From contig OX597823.1 in assembly GCA_951406725.2 (NCBI GenBank), forward strand, positions 115,444,001 through 115,508,000: a DNA stretch of 64,000 bases, written 5' to 3'. The position numbers and the translations under genes were made by a program. Position 1 is the stretch's first letter. Every line of letters begins with the position of its first letter. The DNA is from Octopus vulgaris (lineage: Eukaryota). The notes beneath the pieces are model-generated. The model was not told the DNA's origin and did not search any database. It was given only the letters and a program-made list of their open reading frames with translations. Positions 52,053 to 64,000 of the stretch are shown here, one piece after another.

Positions 52053-53296
52053 TATGTCTCTCTGTCACACTTAATCTTTCATCATCTGACACAAGATCAC
52101 CCCCTTCGATGCCCCATCCCCTCTCAAAGACTCTTTGTCTTGCAAAGTCACTTGGTGACCCTGCCAGCGCAGGTGCCACTTAGAAAGCATCCAGTCCACA
52201 CTGTCAAATGGTTGGCATTTGGAAGGGCATCCAGCTGTAAAAGCTACTCCAAAACTGACCTCGCCTGTGTTAGTGCCACGTAAAAAGCACTCAGCCCACT
52301 CTATGGAGTGGTTGGTGTTAGGGAGGGCATCCAGCTATAAAAAAACTATACCAAAACACACTCAGAAGCATGGCACAGACTGCCTCCTGGCCAGCTCCTG
52401 TCAAACCGTCCAATCTGTGCAAGCATGGAAGGAGGACATTAAATGATGATGATGATATAGTTCCTTTTTATAAAACATGAGGAAAAAAACTAGATTGCCT
52501 CAACTCTACAAACAGAGATATTCCAGTCTAACGAATGTTTACGTTGTTTAGCTTTCGTAATGAATGTCAATAAATATACCAAAATCTACAATGTAGAGCT
52601 AGAGACAAACTAATTAGTGTCTTTAAAAACATGAACCTGTGGTGCCTAACCTCTTTTGAATCTTTTACTGAAGAGAAGGAAGAAGCAAGAGAATGGCATG
52701 AGATTTAATTAAGTTTGGTTCTCTATGTACTCACATTTTTTCTTTATTATTTACTCAAAATAAAATAGATTAATATTGATAGACTTGATATTAAAATTCT
52801 AAATGAGTTTTCTGCTTATTTACAACACAACCAATTCCAATGTGTTAATAAGTCTATTTTACTTTCTTTCAAAAATTTCAAAGAAAAAAAAAAAAAAGAA
52901 AAGAAAAGACAATCTAAAAAGACAATTTTTCCAAATTTGCTTCTACTTTCTCAAAAGACAATTTTAGTTACAAGATTCTTTGCACTGATTGTTTCCTATT
53001 TGAAGTGTTTTTATTCAAGAAATACGAAAAAAAATGTCTCTGATAATATTGTGTTTGTTTATTTTATTTTCATCATCAACCTCATCATCAATATTATTAT
53101 CATCAACATGTAACATCCGTTTTCTATACTGGCATGGGTTGGACTACATTACAAGAACTGTCAAGGCCAGTACCTACACCAGGTTCCATGATCTGTTTTG
53201 GCATGGTTTCTATGGCTGGATGCCCTTCCTAATGCCAACTACTCCACAGAGTGTACTGGGTGCTTTTTAAGTGGCACCACCATCAGTGCTCTTTAA

Positions 53297-53517
53297 CCCT
53301 TTCAATCCCAACCCAGCTGAAACTGCCTCTGGCTCTGTAATACAAATGTCTTGTTTTCATAAGTTCTGAATTAAAATCTTCCACCAAACCTTAGTCGCAA
53401 TTAATGTTCCTAACACTAGGTTAATGATAAATAAGTTATTTTACAAAATTCTTTGTTATATTCAAAATAATTGAAAGAAAAACAGAGCATCTCAAAATAA
53501 ATACAGTAAAGAAAGGG
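53297..53517. mobile_element. piggyBac-type MITE
   Basis: TTAA-CCCTTTC...GAAAGGG-TTAA, inserted in an RTE tail; related fragments near 3410-3700 and 41700-41845. Confidence 0.8.
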
Positions 53518-56299
53518 TTAAGTGGCACCAACACCAGTGCTTTTTATGTAGCACTAGCACCAGTGCTTTTTAAGTGGCACCAGTGCCAATGCTTTCTAAG
53601 TGGCACCAGCACCAGTGCCTTTTATGTGACACCAGCACCCACACCAATGCTTTTTACATGGTACTTTAGTTTTAGGATCTCAGTTCTGTTGTGGTGGGCA
53701 GATCTTCTCGAGTACAGCAATGTGCCACCCCTTTCCCTGTCATCTCTTCAGTATATAATATTCTTATAGTGTCTTTCTCCTTTGACAAAACTGTAGTAAT
53801 ATATGCAAATTAAGAAGCAACAGGTTCTTGTAGGCTGGTGAAGATTTCATTTTAGAAGTAGTAAACTTGAAATACTCTACCAATGTGTTTAGTGGTCATA
53901 GATATTGGCACTAAAGACAACCACTTCTGGCAGTTCAGTGATGCTAATGATGAAGTTATTTGTAACTTTAGGAAGCTTAATTAGTCAATTATCATTGAAC
54001 CTGATATTTGGAGTCTTACTTCTGACCACTATGACAGTTGAATAATGAAGGTAAGAAAGACTATTTATTGAGGATGACTTCTGGATGCAAACCTCTGCTA
54101 GATTTCCACATCAACAACTTAATAGCTTTGTGTGATTAGGTTCTCTTGTATCCTATCGAAGAACAAGTGAGCATTGGCAATCAGTTTCTTCATTGTTGCA
54201 ACTTTGCATAATATACCTTTCAGGCAGAATAAACTATGGTCGACTTATATTTAAATAGATGGAGCTTTTAAAGCAAAGTAACTCATTATAAAGTTAATGC
54301 TACCACTGTTATTAAATATTGAGTTTAGATTTTCTGCCTTGATTTCATTTCTTAACATAATTTCTTTATGCTATAGGTGTGTCTATGTGACAACAATTTT
54401 AATCATAGAGTTATACATCAAATTTGACCCCTACAACACGCTTTACTTCAAAGCTCCTTCTATGAAGTACTTCACTTCCATACGTATATATAAACTGTAG
54501 ATGGTCTTTTCCATCTTAATTTTATTTTTGTCTATTCCCTTGATATTTTTCACATGAGGCTTTCCACTCATGCTAACTGAAACCGTTGTATATTAATATG
54601 CCTCTTTATGTTCATTCAGCCTGCTAGAAATTGCAACCAAATCTCCCTCAAACCACATGCCTTACATATGAAGAAAAGGGGCAATATGAGATGGTCATGA
54701 CTGAAATGTCTTTGATTATAACTCTGTTCAATTACTGTACCTGGGGTTTAAACAACACTATGTATTTATTTGATTAATTAACTTGGTGTCTTAGTTATGT
54801 GCCTATCACTGTTAAAATAGAAGGATACATGTATTATATAAGTAGATGTGTGTGTGTGTGAGTGAAAATCAATAAATTTAGGCTCTTGCAAATCCAGGTA
54901 GTCTTCAAAAATTGTGTTCTGTTCAATGCTATCATATAGCTAATGGCTATAACTTACCCCTGTATGCTCGGATACTGCTTCGTTTCTTCTCATACTGGTC
55001 AATAAATATGTCCTGAGACTATAGTAGTGTAGCAAGACTCATTTCTGTTCTGACTTTTTATGTTTGACTAGCCTTTTATATTTGCAAGGAGGCTCATCAT
55101 GCTAATCGTTAATGATTGGTCATATGACCAATCATGTGATGATGGAACATTTGGTTGAGTCTTGTATTTTGATTGTTTGAGTATTGAGCAGGATATGGAT
55201 CTCGGATCCAATCACGTTGCATGTAATACATCCTCAAATGGTTTATCTGAACCATTGCTGTAAGCCCATTTTTTAAACCCATAAATAGCTTTGTAAAGTC
55301 ATTTATGGGCAATGAGGTGAGAGATTTTCCCAGAGTACTCGGCATGATATTTTCCTTGTTTGTCCCCTCTATGTTTAGCCCCCTGTGGGCAACAGAGAAA
55401 TAGATATTTTCCTGCTGATATAATTGAAGCACTTGTAACCAACGATGACCAGAGTTGAATTATCCTAACAATGGATGAATTATACAACCAACAGAATTCG
55501 TGTTGTGTTATTTGGTCCACTGAACTATTTTACAGAGGAATAAGGAGATGCAGCAAGGAGTTTTGTCTGTGAACAGGGGTCGCGGTCTCAAAGCGACGAA
55601 AATATTTTGAAAAATTAAATTTAAATGTTGAAGTGAATCTAACGGTTTCTGTGTGTTTCTTTAATGGCTTACAAACACCTTCCATGCTGCAATTGTTTAA
55701 AGTTTCACTGTTATTTCAAAGTTCATTTCATGTGTTATTTCCATGAGTTAACATGCAGCACTTGTTGTATAATAATATCCAACATTTCCATATTAAACCA
55801 AGGGAAACTCCATAACCTCAAAGCTAAAGCAACTATAAGTAAACCTTATACACTTGGACGTTGGTGAGTCTCTTTTCATACTGGTTCCTAAATATATCCT
55901 GAGGTTCACAATTTGTTGATCACTCCTCAGAGAAGACATACCCAGTCTCTTTCCTAAATTGGCAGCATACAATGTTCAACTGTTTCCCTTTATTGTTTAA
56001 ACTGGCCATGTCTGGCCCAAATATTGTGCCTGTTTTATCTTTAAACCAAGCAGTTCTGATATTCCACACCAACCCTATAATGTCATCTTACAAATAAGCA
56101 ATCGCATCATTGAAACGTCGAAGCTGTGAGATAATGTGAATAAATAAGCATCACTTTTGACAGATTATCTAAATGATAAAGGATTAAACTAATGCTGTGC
56201 ATAACAGCTTAATTTGCATATTTCTGTTGTCGGTGGCTCATTGATAATGTGTTTACATTCTTCATTGCTCCAGGCTTTCGAATCTTTTTTATTTATTTA

Positions 56300-56710
56300 T
56301 TTGTTTCGGTCATTAGACTGTGGCCATGTTGGGGCACTGCCTTGAGCAATTTTTTTAATCAAATGAATTAACTCTAGTACTTATTATTATTTGTTTTTGC
56401 TAAGCTTCATACTTATTCTATCGGTCTCTTTTGCCAAACTGCTAAGTTACAGGGATGTAAACACACCAACACTAGTTGTCAGGAAGGGGTGGAGAACAAT
56501 CACAGACACAAAGACACACATAACATAGATATACATATGCATACATATATATGACGGGCTTCTTTCAGTTTCTATCTACCAAATTCACTCACAAGGCTTT
56601 GGTCAGCCCAAAGCTCTAGTAGAAAGCACTTGTCCAAGGTGCCATGTAGTGAGACTGAACCCGGAACCATGTGGCTGTGAAGCAAGCTCCTTAGCACACA
56701 TCTACACCTA
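56300..56710 (-). mobile_element. SINE family A
   Basis: Consensus match, CpG-decayed. Confidence 0.8.
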
Positions 56711-58049
56711 AATAATGTGTACATTCATTTCAGTATTTCTGATTCATGTTGTGAGATGCATAAAATATATATTGCTTACTTAATGACAAGTCTTCTGATG
56801 CACAATTATGCAAATTAAGCTATCCAGCTCAGTAATAGCTTAAATGCCTTCTGCTGTATGTAGCAGCTGGGTGGCACTTAATGCCTTTGATTGAGGAGGG
56901 ACATTGGGTACATCACTGAAGAGCAATCAACAAGTGTTAAATGGTTCATCGTGAGACCCCCCACCCCACCATTTTCGCAGTACATTGAAAGCATAGACAG
57001 AAATAGTTTATATTTCTTCTCTAGCTCTTTATATATAATCCTTATATAGTTCTTTATCACAATTAAAGGCTTTCTAATATTTAAATATATACGCACACAT
57101 TTTTTAACATGTGCATACATTCTGTATACTTCATGGACAAGGATGTATATACGCGCATTCACCCACATATACATGTATGAATGCACATATACAAATGCAT
57201 CTGTGTGTATGTATGTGTGTGTGCGTATATATATATATATATGTATGTTTGTATGTATGTGTGTCATGTGCATAGTACATGTATGCGCAAGCATAGAATT
57301 TTCAATTCTCTACATAGAAATATACGTTTATGTACATGGCTGCATTCATATAATTCTAACCTTTTTTTTCTTTTTCCTTTCATATTTACAATTTTCTTCC
57401 TGGTTTCTGAGAAAATTGATTTCCTCTAAAAATAATTATACTTAGGTGCAATTTTTTTTTGAACTGAAAGTCTGCATTTGATGGGTGAAAAAAATGTAGT
57501 TCAAAAATATATTCAACATCATAAAGACTAAAAATAAATAAAAATTCCTTAAAATCAATAAATAGCTTTCCAGTAGAAAGAAAATTTATTTTTTTTTTTT
57601 TTATTGTGCTTTGACACACTCCATTTTTCTTCTATTTAAGAATATATAATTATACTTAAAAGAAATACTTAAGTAATTAAAAGTGTTGGCAGAACAAAAT
57701 AGAATCTACTCTACTCTATTGTTTAATAATTTTTAAGTTCCAACTTTGGTTGAGACTTTTCTGAAATTATGGAATTATGTTATTTTGTCAAAGTATTTGA
57801 CAATATCAATTTCTTCATCATTGGCAAGTTCTGTATCAGTCATATATCTTGCTTTCCAATTGTTTAGCTGAAGGTAACCACTTTAGGGCCTCATAGAGGC
57901 AATGACCAGCGACCGAGACCTTTGGCAATATGCCATGTTTGAAAAGACCCATGAAGCCAAGTGAAACCGTATTCATGGCTGATGTCAGCAGTATGTAAAA
58001 GGCTCCCTTTGAATGTTGGGCTTCAGAGAGATGATAAGTGATGTTATTA

Positions 58050-58450
58050 GCAAACCGACTGATAAGTTTCTGGGACCAAAATGAAAATCTGAACTAGTGA
58101 TTCTTGTATCTATGTATCTAATGCTGAAGAAAAGAAACCATGTGTGCATATACTAAAATGCTTAGGATCAGGCAAAGTATAAACTGGCATAAATGAATGT
58201 TTAGATGGAAACTTGTCCAAGATATCAACTACAGTTGTTCAAAGACAGTTTCAATTTGCAGAGCATTGGTGGAGAAGTCAGCAGGAAGTTACACACTAGC
58301 TACCACTGTGGGACCCAACTCATGGGAGTAGCAGTAAATGAAGACCTGCTCAAGCATTCATTGATCCACTTCCTGACAATATGAATCTCTGTAAGGAACA
58401 GTTGTCGTGAGCAATGGAAAATCATGAATTGTGGAGAGGCTTTGTCAAAA
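58050..58450 (+). mobile_element. Decayed RTE/RTEX C-terminal fragment
   Basis: LDGNLSKISTTVVQRQFQFAEHWWRS...LWDPTHG...RPAQAFID...AMENHELWR. Confidence 0.7.
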
Positions 58451-58754
58451 AATGTTTGACCATGGGTGTAAAAAAGAAAATTCTTGGGAAATATCAATTT
58501 TTCAAATATTAATTTGTCAAATAAGAGCCATTTGTATTCATCGTACAAATGCTTTCAGTTTGTTTATGTAATAAGGACCAATTAATCTTTAATATTTCAT
58601 GCTGTCACTCCATTCTCTGTCTGTCTCTCTCTCTCACACACTCTCTCTCTCTCATACTCTCTCTCTCTCTCCCTCTCACACTAACACTCACTCCTTCCCT
58701 TTCTCTAATATTATATTCTTTGGGAACAGGCATGGCTGTGGGGTAAGAAGTTTG

Positions 58755-59184
58755 GGATCTTTTCGGTTTGAACTGCAGTTTTTTCTAGCAGTGTCATATG
58801 AAATTGTCACCCATAATTATGACCCTAGTATCGATCTATTGCATTTCAATCTCTTTTAGGGTTAGGGTTAGTTAGAGTTGGTTAGGGGTGGGGGAAGGGT
58901 ATCTTTTTTTCTTCACAAATGTAAATAAAGCCAATCTGTTTCTTACACGAGGGACATATTCATTCGGCACAGAATGCTTTTTAACTCAATAGATGTCACT
59001 GATTGGTTGAAATTGCAGAAATTGAAGAAAAAAAACAAGAAATATCTTACAAACTATAGAATTTTCTCAATAAAGCCAAGAGAAAAAGATGTTTTATAAA
59101 CACATTCTAACAGTATACAAAGTTTAAAATTTTTTAGTTACCTAGAAATTATGTTAAAAACTGCCATTCAAACCAAAAATATCT
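58755..59184. mobile_element. Second copy of the GG-terminal MITE, inserted into a SINE head
   Basis: TSD GAAGTTTG at 58747-58754 and 59185-59192; reverse complement of 22076-22501. Confidence 0.85.
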
Positions 59185-60045
59185 GAAGTTTGCCTTCTAA
59201 CCTCATGGATCTAGGTTCAGTCCCACTGCTGCCAGCTTTGGTCAGCTGGGCAGACCAAAGTCTTATGAGTGGACTTGGCAGAAGTCTATAGTCTGTATGT
59301 GTGTATGTGTTGTTGTTTCCTTGCCTTGGCATCACATCATGAAAGTGGTGTCCTTTGTTTCCAGTACTCTATAAAAACACATCTGGTCATGGGGCAAATA
59401 TTACCTTAGTTTGAAACAGGTGAGCATCAGTGACTGAAAGAGCATCCTGCCATAGAAAATCTATCTAAATAAATTCCATCCGACTTTGGAAAGTGGACAT
59501 TAAACTTGTGATGAGGGTTCTTTTTGTCTATATTTCCATCACATTGCTAACCCCATATCCATAACACCCTTTGATATATCATGAGACTCTAGTCTAAATC
59601 AAGTCACAAAATTCTACCAATCTGGTCAAGGAAATCTTTCATAAATAAACCATAACCGGAATCTCACCATTTGGTTCATGTTGTCTTGATCTTAGTAGAG
59701 AGGTAGTAGAAATATTTGGTGCCAAGGAGGAGAAGAATGAAGAAAGACGACCACAGAATACAACACAACCAAATTTACTTCTGGCTTCTCATAACAGCTT
59801 CACATAATTCATTAAACACCATTTTACTGTTAATTTCAGCAAAGTAATTACTTCAATTTTGGTTTTTGTTTGTGTATCTATTATTTTATGTTTGAGTTTT
59901 TTTTTTTTTTTACAATTTCTCATTAATGTTTCCAAATAAATACTGCATCGTAAAATTAAACACATATATGAAATTAAAAACAAACTATTGTTACTCTTTA
60001 ATAACATTAACAACTAAATAAGTTCATTGACTTATATAGGTATTT

Positions 60046-60084
<39 letters not shown>

Positions 60085-60519
60085 ATATATCTTTATATAT
60101 ATACTTGTAATGTTATATGCAAATGTGTGTCGTCAAACACAAGTATTTCTATATGTATCAATATAGTAAATATTAATTGAATTAAGAACTTAATACACAT
60201 AGTTTAATGTTTATTATCATTTTTTGGATAGTGATGTGGAAGTTTCATTAAGTGGGAGGTTTATTCAGACTTGAATGAGCCAGACCAGTAAAGTTATTTT
60301 GTGTGTGTGCACATGCGTGTATATGTGCATGTGTGTGTGTGTGTGTGACTATCGTATATGCACAGGCACATACATAAGTGACAGGTCAATGAACTTCCAA
60401 ATATATGTGTGTGTGTATATGATTATATGTAAAAGTGAGTTATTTGCCATCTCCCAGGCACTTTTCTCATGCCTTCTTTCCTGTTGACAGTAAAATTATT
60501 TACACAGTTAACATTAAAC

Positions 60520-61395
<876 letters not shown>

Positions 61396-61442
61396 TATAC
61401 ATACATACATTCATATGCATCTATTCCTCCATCCATATACAT

Positions 61443-61500
<58 letters not shown>

Positions 61501-61621
61501 TTTATACATACATACATGCATAAATATATAGGGGGAGAATTCACGAAAAAAACAAAAGACAAAGACAGGTGGTGTAGAAAACAAACAGATGTATTAGTAT
61601 AATGCTCGGGAATTGAAAAAG

Positions 61622-61659
61622 TCTTTAATGTTTCGAGCCTACGCTCTTCCACAGAAAGA
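61622..61659 (-). ncRNA. Hammerhead-like motif with altered core (CTGTGGA)
   Basis: TCTTT-CTGTGGA-A-GAGC-GTAG-GCTC-GAAA-CA-TT-AAAGA; same architecture as 32772-32806. Confidence 0.5.
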
Positions 61660-61981
61660 AACAAAGAGAGGAAAAAATGCATGTAGTGGCTAACGATCTA
61701 TCATGGCGACTTATGTATTTATCATGTTTTATACTGTTGTAAACATACTTTTCATATTGCAAAAAGGGAAAAATTTCTGAATAGGGATTTTGTAAGATAG
61801 TGTTCAAATGTTTAAAACCAAATAACTGCATCAGTAACATCAATATTTGAGGTAAACTTATGAAACGTGATATTGTTTTCGTTTGTGTTGTGTCAAATAG
61901 ATCAAAAAGTTCGATTGAGATGAGTCGACTGTGTAATGCAGTTTAAACCTTTGAGTTTTTTTGGGTTTTTTTTTAATGATT

Positions 61982-62670
61982 ATGGCTGTGTGGTTGAGAA
62001 ATTTGCCTCCCAACTACATGCTTCCAGGTTCAGTCCCAGTGCAAGGCAGCTTGGAAAATGTCTGCTACTATAGCCTCGGGTTAACCAAAGCCTTGTGAGT
62101 AGATTTGGTAGGTGGAAACTGAAAAATGCCTGTTGTATGTACATACATACATACATACACATATATATATATGTGTGTGTGTATAATTCCAAGAGAGTTA
62201 GAGGTTGTGAATACAACCAACTAAGGGATAATATCTATCCAATATACTGCTGCTAGGATAACCCAATTATTAATACACAAGTGTTTTTTTATTTGCATGG
62301 CACTTACACTACTGAATGTAATAAATGGGTTAGGGTAAAAAGTTGTTTTGCCCTTAATTTATACGGCTATAAGAAAATGGAGGGGATGAAGAGGGGGTAT
62401 TCATCAACTTTTACACATTATATTATGTCTATTTATTTATTACAAAAAAACAATTTTTGTCCTCTTTCCCCACCTGACAACTGGTGATGGTTTGTTTATG
62501 TCCCTGTAAATTAGCAAAAAGAGTCCAATACAATAAGTACCAGGCTTAGAAAAAAAAAAAAGGAACAAAAATATATGTACTGGGGTTGATTCATCTGACC
62601 TAAAATTCTTCAACACAATGCCCCAGCATGGCCACAGTCTAATGACCGAAACAAGATAAGACAAAAGATA
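61982..62670 (+). mobile_element. Interrupted, decayed SINE family A
   Basis: Head at 61982-62140, tail at ~62455-62670. Confidence 0.7.
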
Positions 62671-63143
62671 CTAACAAAGGCAGGAAATACCCCCTCCACT
62701 CATCTCCCCTAATCTTTAGGGTCATTATGTCTAGTCGAGTGGAACCCATTATAAATGGTGTTGTTTTTGATTCCACAGTCCCCATTTTATATTAGATATG
62801 TTAATTTATATTCAGAACAAAAATTTTAACTTGTTTTTTTTTTTATCTTATTTGTTTTTTATTTCTATATTTCTTTCATTTTGTAAATTTGCTTTTGTGA
62901 CATTTAAAAAAAACTGCTTACATTAGTTTCTCCATGACTGAATCTGCTTAGATATTTTTTACTTGATTTTTGCTTGAACTGTCCAAGTTGGTGATTGATT
63001 TCCAGTTGGGTGATCTCTCTATTGCTTAAGTACTCAACTGTGAAGTGTTGATGGATGGGTGCCTACCTCCATGTTCTGTCAAATGGTGCACTATGTATTT
63101 CCATATATTTCCCCCTCTGCGTAATCTTTTATCATATTTTGTG

Positions 63144-63800
63144 CTAGCAGAGATACCCGGTGTTGCTTGGGATTTAAATGGCATAGTTTTTATATATAGG
63201 TACAGTTAAGTTGAAGCATATTGTATAGGGAAGTGCAGCATTGGCGACAAACCAGTTGAGGAGTAAATGAAGGGCTAATTCAACTAAGTGACATGTCATG
63301 CATCTGTCTGGAAAATTCCAGACCCTAACCTTGTAATGGAAAAGTGGGGGGATGTAATTTTTGAATGCACCAAAAAGCTCGCAGTGGATATACTCCCTTT
63401 TTCAGTGCTTGATGTTGCCACTACCATGCATAATAATCAGCAGACATAGGACCTACATCTATGCGATAAATTAAGCCTGTGGGCCCACTCCTCAGCACCA
63501 CATGAAAGAAATGATATGGTAAGGGGGTGATTGGCAAGGAAGCACTTGGACACAACACTGTCATGCGATATTTCACTCTGGAATCAATAGCCATGGCTCT
63601 ATGATACTACGGGAACAGGCTATTATTGTCAACGCTTTGACAATGCAGTTTGAAGTTTACATCAGTTCATCCGTAATAGCAACCTTCATATAACATAGCT
63701 GTTTTTTTCAGTTTGAATAGAAGCAATGCGTAGACTATGCGGGCAGTTGTACATACCCAAGAAAAGGGGGTTTTCTGTCCCCAGGGACCCCATTAATCAT
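63144..63800 (-). mobile_element. Helitron 3' end with possible decayed helicase coding sequence
   Basis: Minus strand CCCAAGCAACACCGGG-TATCTCTG-CTAG resembles the terminus at 11017-11044; upstream weak helicase-like translation (PHSLRI, CIVKAL, SIIE). Confidence 0.5.
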
Positions 63801-64000
63801 TGTGAAAAAATGTTAAGTTTAAAACCATCTCTGAAACATAAGTAATGCATGTTCCCAGTTTGAAGAAAATCAGTTGCGAATTTCAGAAGTTCTGCAGGTT
63901 CACACACACACACATACACACACGCACGCACACACACACACACACACACGCACACACACACACACGCACACACACACACACACGCACACACACACACGCA

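Noticed and set aside
53972-54050. Possible exon ending in AAG|GTAAGA
   Set aside because: Good donor, but the frame continuing from the predicted upstream exon hits a stop and there is no other support.
55109-55432. 107-aa minus-strand ORF
   Set aside because: Begins in a family B SINE fragment; no recognisable domain.

Overview
Eukaryotic, AT-rich, very repeat-dense DNA. The SINE families and the load of (TA)n/(CA)n/(AAT)n/(GAT)n microsatellites look like octopus (coleoid cephalopod) DNA; this is an inference from pattern recognition. No complete host gene is evident, and most long ORFs in the track are microsatellite artefacts. Identifiable content: (1) a 5'-truncated RTE-clade LINE with an open RT frame containing an in-frame PHD-type zinc finger (28.2-30.7 kb); (2) fragments of CR1-, R4/Dong-, Tx1/L1-, RTE- and Penelope-like elements; (3) three tRNA-derived SINE families; (4) hAT, Tc1/mariner, piggyBac and GG-terminal (8-bp TSD) MITEs, plus Helitrons; (5) an intronless RPS5 pseudogene; (6) a 1.7-kb (GAT/AAT) higher-order satellite. 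Most notable: about ten minimal type I hammerhead-ribozyme-like motifs, nearly all on the minus strand. One has an intact core and sits inside a tRNA-headed SINE-like element with an inverted 5' duplication (36961-37207), a candidate ribozyme-bearing, Penelope-mobilised SINE. There is also a speculative + strand host transcript starting near 15.5-15.9 kb, whose predicted first two exons would encode a 99-aa small ORF ending in a TGATG stop/start overlap.
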